DNA of 64,000 nucleotides from Tubiluchus corallicola (lineage: Eukaryota > Animalia > Priapulida): NCBI GenBank assembly GCA_030141605.1, contig JAQGDQ010000020.1, forward strand, positions 558,001-622,000, read 5' to 3'. The position numbers and the translations under genes are program-made. Positions 54,472 to 64,000 of this stretch are shown here, piece after piece. The notes under the pieces are model-generated. The model searched no databases, was not told the origin of the DNA, and saw only the letters and a list, made by a program, of their open reading frames with translations. Each line of letters starts with the position of its first letter. Positions within the stretch are counted from its first letter, which is position 1.

Positions 54472-57400
54472 CTAGTAACCGTGGTGGTAGAGACGACGTG
54501 TAGTAGGCTGTTCCGTTGTTGTTGTTTCTTTGAAATAGTACCTGTAGTGTGCTGGGTACCTCGGTCGGCTAGGTTGTTCAGTTGTAGTTGGCTCAGGAGG
54601 CCTATAATAATAACGAAACGACGGTCTTTCGGTGGTAGTCAGTTCAGCAGGTTCATAAAATCGTCTGACGGTGGGCCTTCTGATTTCTTTGATATCGGCT
54701 GGTTCGTAATATTGACGATATGTTGGCTCTTCATGTCTGGGTTCATCAGTTATTCTGATAAAACGTCGAATGCTCGATTTCCTTGATGGTCGCTCGTTGC
54801 TTGGTCTGAAAAAGCGACGAATGCTTGATTTCTGAGTTTTCGCAGATTCAGATGCTCTGTAATAGCCACTGTGGCTTGGTGCTTCAGTTGTTGTTGACTC
54901 AGCAGGCCTGTAGACTCGACGAGGAATATAATGTTGTTGACGAGGCGTTTCAGTAGTTGCTGGCTCTTCCGAACGCACGTAATAATGACGAATCTCAGGT
55001 CTCTCAGTGGTAGTTGGTGCTTCAATTGGTAAGTACACTCGACGCCCGCTGGATTTTCTGTTATCATCTGAACCAGATCTCCTGCGAATTAGCGGATACT
55101 TTGGTACTTGAATGATGTCTTCATCGCGGCTATCATAACGGCGACGAAAGCTTATGGATTTTTCCTGCTCAGGGGTTGCATAATAACCCTGTGACTCAGG
55201 TTCTTCTTCAACCAATCTGTAATATCGACGTTCACCATCATGAGCTTGGCGTCGGCGTGTATTACTTCGGCGAGTTTCGTCCAATCTTGGTTTGATGTTC
55301 CTCAAGTAGTGCCTGTAGATTTCCTCACCACTTGGTTGCTCAGTAGTGGTTGGTTCTTCTTCTCTGTAGTAAAAGTAACCACGCTGTGGTGCTGCAGTTG
55401 TTGCTTCTTCTCTTCGAATGTAAACCCGACGTCTGCTTTCATAACTATTGCCATCTCCTTCATCTCCCCTAAAGTAAATGTACCGATCATCGCCGTCATC
55501 GCCATTATCAAGATATAATCTGTTACGTCTGCGAGTCACTCTGCTGTAGCCGTTATCGAGGTCACTGTGATCACCACTGTCACCATTCTCACTGCTACTG
55601 TGCCTACGAATGTAAATCCGACGTTTTGCTTCGTTATCATCATCATCATCTTCTTCATCATCGTCGCCATTATCATAGCCTCTTCGGATGTAGATTACAC
55701 GTCTTTGCGTTTGTTCATCGTTGTCGTCATCGTTATCGCCATCATCATCTTCAACATGGTGATCACCACTGTAGCCTCTTCGGATGTAGACTACACGCTT
55801 TTGTGTGCGTTCATCGTTGTCGTTATTGTCATCATTACCGTCATTGCCGTTGTTATGATAATACTGGCGTATCCGATCCTGTGACTTTTCTGATGATGTT
55901 CTAGAGCGGAGCACGTAACCCCGTTGCTCAGGAGCAGTTGTTGTGGTGCTGATGCTGGGACCGTAGTATCTGGTAAGCACTATTGATGTTTTATCATTAT
56001 CTTCCTCACCACTGCCGTTTTCATCACCATCGCCATGTTCGTAGTACCCAGCTACAAGAGTAGGCGTGTCAGGCGATGGTGTTGTTGTATATTCACCACG
56101 TGCGACTGAAAAACAAATAATAAATATTTAATTAGAATTATTCTTTTAATATGTTTTGTCATTACATAATTATTGAGCCGCTCTAATGAGTGGAACTTTC
56201 AGGTTTCTGCTTAATCGCTTAATGGACATTTAAGATTAACCAAAAAATTGGAATTTTTACGACATTTTTCTATAAAAATAAACAGTTTAAAGAACGGTCT
56301 AAAATGTATTTATAACATTAATTATAAGGAAGTAGTATGTGGTTGTGGTTGTGGTGCATGTGGTTACGTTTAAGTTAAAAATCGTACAAACTTGGTCAAA
56401 CTGTAATAAAAATTGGTTTATTAGCCCGTTGATGATTTTCTTCATGAAATACGGCATTTACCCACCAGTCTAGGAAAGGATCGACACAAAGTTCCGATCC
56501 TGTTAAAATATAGAGGCGAAGACGGTCTTCCAAACAAAATTCCCCTCAGCCATAGGCTTCTTTGCATCAGCAATTGGCCAGAAATGGCAACACTTCAGGG
56601 GTATACGTTCAACGTTTTATTTTTATTATGCCCCGCCTAGAAGTCATTTAGTCCTCAAAACTCGTTTGAGCTTGGTAAACAATATTAGCGCAAATTGCAA
56701 AGATAACCTAACTACATATTCAGTAAGCCTGTTAATTACAGCAGGTACAGCTTTTCCCTTAGTAAGAAGCTATTCATAAAATAAAAAAAAATGCAAAATT
56801 TTTCAGTGATCTCCTTTGAAGTTTACTCTGATATCTTTTTGAAATCGCCATTTGGTTATATTTAAACAAGAAAGTTTCATCCACGCGGAAATCTTAAAGT
56901 TAATTGGCGTTTTGGGAATCAAAAGCTTAATTTTTAATATATCTTTGCTAATCAGTTAATGCGTTAACCCATTCGCTCGCTCACTCACGCATTCACTCAC
57001 TCACTCACTCACTCACTCACTCACTCGATTGCTCACTCACTCACTCCCTCTCACTCACTCATTCACTCACTCACTCAATCACTCACTCACTCATTCATTC
57101 GCTCTCTCACTCACTCAGTCATTCATTCATTCATTCATTCACTCATTCACTCACTCACCCACTACTCACTCGTTCGTTCGTTCTTTGATTCATTCGTTTA
57201 TTCGTTCATTCATTCATTCAGTCGTTGGCTCGTTCGTGCATTCATTTACTCGTTCATTTTTCCATCCATTCATGCATCATTCACTCAACTATTTTTCATT
57301 CGATTAGCCACCAATCCATCTATTCATTTATTCATTGATTAGTTTATTTATATTACTCAGTCAGTTAATCAATACCGGGAAAGAATTAACCTATCCTATT

Positions 57401-59283
57401 ATAAAAAAGGAGAAGAAATTGCTTCTCGGCTAAATGATCGGAGTTATCTCCTATTCAGGAGGTTCGTGACATTAATAATTTTTATACCAGATTCTCTTTT
57501 CTAGTGTGATTATATTGTTTTTATTTTTGTGTAAAGTTGCTAGAAGTACTGAATGCACGTCTGCTACGAAAGAACAGTACGGTAACTGCCACACAATATT
57601 ACATTTAATAGTGTTAAAATCTTAGTTTGTTTAAAGTTAGAACATATGTCTAGCGATTAAGTCTAGAAATCTATATTCAGGTAAGTTAAAATAAGTCAAA
57701 TAATAGGCTAAATTCAGACGAAGCTAACTAATAAAAACATGCTAATTATTATGGTTATGTAAACAGGTTTACAGATCAAAAGAAAAACCGAGCATGATGT
57801 ACTATGAAAGGTACTTTCAAAAATTCCTGGAGTTTTAAACTGTCATTTACAGGAGATCTGAAATACAGAATATTTTTATTGATTAGGAAGTAATTTTGAC
57901 TAGCAGTTCGGTTACAAGCGAGCGAAAATGTCATCAATATTTAAATTATGCATTTCTAAATCATAAGCAAAGGATGCAAAGAATTTTTGATTTTATGTAA
58001 GGTTGTAGTGCATTTTATTTACAAACAGTATTTACTTTTTAATGAATAACACTGTGACAGAAAAGTAAAGGAGATAAAACGTTTTATACCAACGCATTTA
58101 CATGCTATTGATAAAATTTTAGATTTTCTTTTTCGGTAAATTTAATACAATACATAGAAATTTGACACTCGTAATTATACAGGTACAATTTTTAACTCAA
58201 CTGAAATTGTGTATAAGCCTATTTAAATATAAATACTGAGTATTTGCACTGAAATTAATGTATTGATAATAGTATAAAAGAACGAACGAACAATGATATG
58301 GATGAATTAACAAATGTACGTATTTAGCATAATATTAAAAGATGACTATTTTCTGAAAATTTATGATTCTTTTTAATTATAACTATTCCATTTCCATTGT
58401 GCTGGAGCAGCTGGCCACAAAACAAAGAACGTTGATGTGCCTTTTTTAATTGCGGGCGCATTTATTGAAATTACTTTTCCTTTTTCAATTTTTTTCAACA
58501 CGAGGTATAATTAAAGCGATGGAACATTTGGCCAGATGGAAAAATTAAATTTGTGTTTTACTTAGACGCGAATCTGTAAATAGTATATGAGTTTTTTTGT
58601 TTCTCTTTAGTCTCTATATCAATAGAACTTGACGGCAAATCCGCAATTCCTCGTACAACGTAATAATTAGATTAAACAGTATTAATATGTTGAGCAAGTA
58701 AACTGAAAATTACGTTCTTGAGCAATGTGAAGTTAGACAGCTGAGCAAAAACACGTCAAAATAAAAAGTGAACTTACGTAAATGTAACATAATAATTGTT
58801 AAAGTTGTAACACAATAAAGTTATATTAAAGTAAACTCTTGAATAATAACACTGTTACCTGTTATCTGAATAAGGAAAATAACAAGTGCAAGAATCATGA
58901 CTTATGAGTTTCTGGTCACTGTGTGTTGCCAAGTAAGCAAACACATTTTAATATCCCCCATACAACGAAATACCATGAAATTAACTTTAAAACGGAAGAA
59001 TTCTTCCACTGCATAGAAATGACTGAAAGTAGCTTAGCAACAAAGAGACAAAACAGTTCAAAAGGGAAGGTCTTTTTCTGGCTTTTATTGCTAACAACTC
59101 ACATAGCTAAAAAAGTTGTTAACTGCGATTCCGTAGTAGACATATTCTGAACAGCTTACCCCCCAAAAGTGATCTTATGCACAAAACTTTAACGATATAA
59201 GCGAAAATTTTAGTAAGTAATAACATACCATGAAGCTGGAACATAACCAAAACCAGTGCAACAGCTACCAATGTAGACTTCAT
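54472..59283 (-). CDS. Secreted Arg/Tyr/Asp/Thr-rich low-complexity protein B (2 exons, 562 aa with the distal leader); no recognisable family
   Basis: The main exon 56105-54472 follows the acceptor TTTGTTTTTCAG and is open throughout (VARGEYTTTPSPD...). The phase-1 leader exon 59283-59229 (MKSTLVAVALVLVMFQLH, context CACCATG, donor GTATGT) gives a signal peptide ending ARG|E. Confidence 0.82.
56970..57330. repeat. (CACT)n/(CATT)n microsatellite
   Basis: Read directly; intronic in gene B. Confidence 0.92.
58859..58898 (-). CDS. Second candidate signal-peptide exon for gene B (MILALVIFLIQIT, phase 1)
   Basis: ATG at 58898, 13 mostly hydrophobic codons + G, donor CAG|GTAACA; in frame with the exon at 56105 (557-aa product). 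Confidence 0.5.
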
Positions 59284-59350
59284 GGTGACAGACATGTGAA
59301 CAACGATTCTCTTCCTTGGCTACAATGAGACGATACTCGAAGACCTGCCT

Positions 59351-59357
59351 CTTATAA
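59351..59357 (-). promoter_or_regulatory. Candidate TATA box for gene B distal leader
   Basis: Minus strand reads GAGTTATAAGAGG about 70 nt upstream of the ATG at 59283. Confidence 0.4.
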
Positions 59358-59876
59358 CTCTCCTGATTTGTTGTTTACTAATCAAAATACCTTATTCCAA
59401 AAGAATACTCAAGCACCTAACCCGTCCGGTTTTGATGGGTGGACTTTGTTAAAGGATGAGCCAGTTTACAACCTCTTTTGTTTTGAGGCAGTCTCACGAA
59501 TATTTCTCATTACCTGAAGAATTTAATTAAGGCACTTCGCTTTCAGGTGCTGCGAAATATCTGTGCTCACCAGGTCTAAGCCCAGATTAGTTTTATAACG
59601 TTTGGGATTGCGCTGAGGGAAGAGACAATAGCTCCAGATGGACGCTGCATTAAAAGTCTGGTTTGACAAAACAAAGCTGCCGACGTTAACAGCACAATTC
59701 CTTTTTAGAAAGCCGCAGAGGTGGTCTTCTTTATGATACGCATTGTGTTCAGTGATTTCTTGTTTCCATTTTATAGCCGTTTAATCCATTTGTTTGTCGG
59801 CTCTCTTCATCACTCTTGATATATAGTTATCAACGCTTTCAAAAAATTTTGGTTTATATTAGATCACAGCCCCATA

Positions 59877-60868
59877 TGGTGTGCGGTAAAAATGGCACAG
59901 GAAAAAACTGGTACAGGAAAAATGGCACACGAAAAAATGGTACAAATGGAAAAGTAGGAAAAATGGCACATATATTATTTTGATGCAGTTAATTTTTATA
60001 ATAAAACTAGAATGGGCTCAATATGAAGCAGATTTCAGTTAAAGCCAAACAATCCTAAACTTGTTCGTTCGTCTGATTCTTTATTTGAAAAACTTAACAG
60101 AAAGATAAACAACAAACGTACAAAAATGTGCCTGTATTGGTATAATAATAAAGAGTATAGAATAGCGAAATATTTGTTCATTGAATAGATTTATAATCAA
60201 TAATGCACGAATGTTCCACATAGTGCTTATCTACCTTTAATCTGACGATTTTAATAAATTGAAGAATATATACCTACAAGTCTCCTTATTAGGATATACA
60301 AATTAATAAAAAAAGTTAGGTGGAGGTAACAAAAAAGAAGTACTAAACACTCCCTCTGAGATCTTCTCGAAGTACTTTACGGATGTTTTTTGTTTGTTCG
60401 TAGTATTCGATTAAGTTTTGCCTGAAAAGTACCGGCTAAAAGACTCTCATTTTGGTACCCTAAGCCCACCTTTCTTAACAAAGTTTCTTGGAAATCTGTT
60501 AGATAGTTTTTGCGTAATAGACTTACTGCCATAACAGACAAAAACAACCAAACAAACTGTGTTCAAGCATAGCTTCAAGCCTGGCAAAGGTAAAACCAGC
60601 TAAAATAATTATCTCCCCACTCTAACTATAACCCTAAACACATATTTTACTAAGTGCGCATTTTTTTGTTTGCCGTTTTTACCTTTGCCATTTTTACCCA
60701 CTTTTCCATCCATTTGTGCCATTTTTTCCTGTGCCATATTTTCCTATGCCATTTCTTCCTGTGCCATTTTTACCTGTGCCATTTTTGTATATTTTTTCAT
60801 TTGTTTCATTTTTGTTATGCCATTTTTACAAGCCATTTTTCCTGTGCCATTTTTATTTGTAATCACCT
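59877..60868. mobile_element. MITE with inverted arrays of short subterminal repeats (AAAAATGGCACAGG)
   Basis: AAAAATGGCAC/AAAAATGGTAC repeats at 59888-59970 and their complement GTGCCATTTTT repeated at 60655-60855. Boundaries approximate. Confidence 0.7.
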
Positions 60869-62578
60869 CATATATGCCGCTAAAATACCATTTAAATATA
60901 AAAATTAAAACATGGTATTTGCGTAAATACGTATTGTGTTTTCAAGTATCTGCGCGATACGTGTGCCCAATGTTCCTGATTGGTTTGGGATTGGTCTGGG
61001 ATAAATTAGTATAATTACAGATTTATATAAAATAACTGGTCTTTAACAGATGATCTATTTAAAAAATATATAAATTGCTTATATTCCACTTTAGTACCTG
61101 TATTTTGGTAGTTCACGAATTGGTGTTTCTTAGTGTAAGTTTATATTATTTACACAACATTGTAGTGTGCTGAAACAAACTTTAATGGAATAAAGTACTG
61201 TATTAAAATACTAAAAGATAATTAAGAGTAAGTAAAATGGGGTTAATTGAGGCAGCAAGATTACTTGAGGCAAAATTGGGGGCAAGGTTTATAAGCCACT
61301 GCCGACTTTTATTCTTTTATTTTTTTCAAAGCAATTACAATTGCAAATAATTTACATAGCATGTCATTCATTATCCCCACTGTCTCACGTAACCCATGCT
61401 AAAAATGACCCATTTAATATAATGTTAACACTGTGAAGATGATTGAAAGACATCATTATTAAAACAAATCTAATATAATCAATATACAAAACGTGGGCAG
61501 AATTTTATCTTGTCATTTCCGATTAAAAAATTTTGGAACGACCTTCCAGTTTATCCTAAATGATAACATGAATATCTGCAATCATGAAATTTGAATGAAA
61601 TTTATTTGGTTACAACATAAGATGTCACGACAAAATCAATATTAGACCAGTTCTCACGCTCATTACTTGAGGTACCAATGTTCACTGTTGTGTTTAAGGA
61701 TAAGTATTTTCTTCAGCTTTAAAGAACTTGCCTCAAACAGCATTAAAACACGCGTTTCATTCAAAGGAAAATCCCGTCACGCGATATGCTGCTTTCTTAC
61801 TGATTTGGTTCATTCATAAAAACATATAGCCTAACCTTGGATGGACTGACAAATGTTGCAGTGTAATTTACGGCCACAATGGAACTCGCAAAAGGGAAAC
61901 TGGGAAGCTCAGTTTTTCAAGACTTACGGGAAGGCAGATATTAAGCGTTAGAATCAACCTGTCATTATGGCCCACCGTTCAACATAGATTCGAAGGTTTG
62001 TACATTTATGCGAATTTTACGAATAGGGTCTGTCCATGAAGCAGGAATTCCACTAGACTAACGTCCGAGCACTCACATTGGATTCCCCGGCAATGGGATG
62101 CAACTAAAATTCCGTTCATAATTGAGGCAAGTATACAGGCAAGTAAGAAAGCAGGCAACTTCTAAATTAAAATTAACCTTAATTTTATAAAACAAAAAGC
62201 GGTTTCAAATTTTTAAAACATTATCTTAAGGTTATCGTAACGATATGCGCATTTCCGCACAAAAAATCAACACATGATAATAAAAGCGAAGTCGTGTTGC
62301 TTGCAGCAACACACATGCACACACCCTACCGTTACTTCATAAATCAACATTCAAACTGGAAATTACTATAATTAATCGCGTTTGATCCATTCTAAGATGG
62401 CAACAAAGATGCTTAATCAAACGAGTAAAGTTAAGAAAACTTCGACGACCTTCACATCACAGATGAACTATGTAACGTAATTTTTTGTAATTAACCGTGG
62501 TCCGGTTTTCTCGTGACTGACTGTCATATTTGAAAAATAAAGTCTGTTTGTAAAGCCGAGTGAATCCAAGAGAAAACT

Positions 62579-62587
62579 TATATATAA
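62579..62587 (+). promoter_or_regulatory. Candidate TATA box for gene C
   Basis: TATATATAAG about 90 nt upstream of the ATG at 62673. Confidence 0.45.
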
Positions 62588-62672
62588 GCAACATTGTACA
62601 AGAACAAGCAGCCATAATTAATCAATCTATAACCAAACTTGGTCTTGTTTTCTTATTGCTCGACAGTACAAG

Positions 62673-64000
62673 ATGAAGGTATTCGTATTTTTCCTCTGCA
62701 TTACAGTAAGTAGACATATAAATTACAATAGTATAGTAACTAGTTATTTTCGTATATTGTAAAAAAGTTCGTAAGTATTAACATTACAGTTGGTTAGAGC
62801 ACAGCGCACATATGGGGTTCGGTATTTCTTGTGTGAAAATGGTTTTATTTTAAATTGACCAATTGAGTAAATGCATTTAATCATTGCTTTTCCAATATAT
62901 ACTACTTTATTGTGCCTAATGCAATTTAAGGTCAGGGAAATAACTGCAAGACAAAAGTTGAGCGACACCAAGCATTGTCAGAAAAAGTGACCTCCAGGAG
63001 TACTTCGCGGGGCTGGGGTTCGCTGCTATTTACGTATTTCAGGAAGAGTGTATGTTTGCATCCAGACATGGCTAAGACACCTCTGTCGGTTCCGTCTCTC
63101 ATGTTAGACGTGATAATGAGCTGGGTTCCAGTCACACCACAACCTCGTTCATTAAATAGGCATCCTGTCACTGAGTGCTGAATTACACAAAAAGTTATTT
63201 TTATGTCTTATACGTTTATTGTTTACACAATAATATGGAAAAAATACAGACTGATTTCATGATTTGTAATAAGTAAATATGCGACAAATTTTTACACAGT
63301 TGTTTTTCTTTTCTCACTGAAATTATAATTCGTTGATGAGAGTCGTTTGTTGCCTGTTTGTTCTTTCTATTTTTCACGTGTTTTACAACACCTAGAAAAA
63401 ACTGTGTGCAATTAATCAAACAATTATGCAAACTGCAAGCTCTGTTAAACTCTGCTGTTTCGGACTTCAGGTCACCTTTGCTTATTCCTATGGCGGGCGA
63501 CGAAATAGCCACGACGACAAAGGCGTTTACGCTTGGAATACGTCGACGTCAAGCAATGGGGTCACTCATTTGAAACAGTTCCAGGTATCACCCAGCCAGA
63601 AGTCCAGTAGTACACCATATAAGACATTTGGAAGCCGTGGGCAGCAGCAAAAATCAAATGCTTTTGATGATAACGGGCTGCCCACTAGAGTCCTGGAGCA
63701 TCCCACTGCGCAGTTCCGGTCAGACATCATCCAAGGACAGCTTGCGGATGACGACGAATCATTTAACCTTTATAAAAGAAAACTGTATTACGATATTCCC
63801 AAGGATGAGAAATTCGGATCAAAAGAAGCAGCCATGGCTTACCTGAATGCTGACAAGGACATTCGACAAGATGTCTACCTACGCAAAGCAAGACTGGACA
63901 AATATCAAGGTCCCTTGTGGCGTCATTACCAGAGAAGCGACCTCTATGAGAACAATCCAGAAAGTCGATATTATGGGAATGCCGAGATTGGTAACCATAT
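62673..64000 (+). CDS. Secreted protein C, 5' part (runs off the window); not in the ORF track
   Basis: Exon 62673-62705 (MKVFVFFLCIT, donor GTAAGT, phase 0) joins the acceptor CTTCAG, then exon 63471-64000, open for 176 codons: VTFA|YSYGGRRNSHDDKGVYAW...LYKRKLYYDIPK...ESRYYGNAEIGNH. Confidence 0.8.

Noticed and set aside
54466-55904. Plus-strand and alternate-frame ORFs overlapping gene B (and likewise gene A)
   Set aside because: Shadow ORFs of compositionally biased coding exons.
54472-56105. Neuropeptide precursor interpretation of protein B
   Set aside because: There are no repeated G-KR/G-RR amidation cassettes; the Arg pairs lie within the repeated motif itself, which better fits a structural protein.

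Overview
AT-rich, intron-containing metazoan (invertebrate-type) genomic DNA; the taxon cannot be fixed from this window. Reading splice sites by hand gives six protein-coding genes. Two are complete, tandem 9-exon peptidase C45/Ntn-hydrolase genes of the tan (beta-alanyl-dopamine/carcinine hydrolase) type on + (3233-14662 and 33078-38750). One is a 7-exon MAGE/NSMCE3 gene on - (39071-46562). The other three form a cluster of two-exon genes, each a tiny signal-peptide exon plus one long exon, encoding Cys-free, low-complexity secreted proteins: A (49192-52669, -), B (54472-59283, -) and C (62673 to beyond 64000, +). A and B share a repeated 'TTTE(K/R/Q)P..RYYY' module. B has two competing signal-peptide exons. 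Mobile DNA includes a solo LTR with a 5-bp TSD, a 5-unit head-to-tail non-autonomous Helitron array, a Gmr1-like (integrase-before-RT) Gypsy relic, a 78-bp satellite amplified from a LINE zinc knuckle, Tigger remnants, several MITEs and long microsatellites. The most intriguing candidate system is the Tyr-rich secreted protein cluster, possibly a sclerotised or adhesive matrix. Its link to the neighbouring catecholamine-conjugate hydrolases is inference only.
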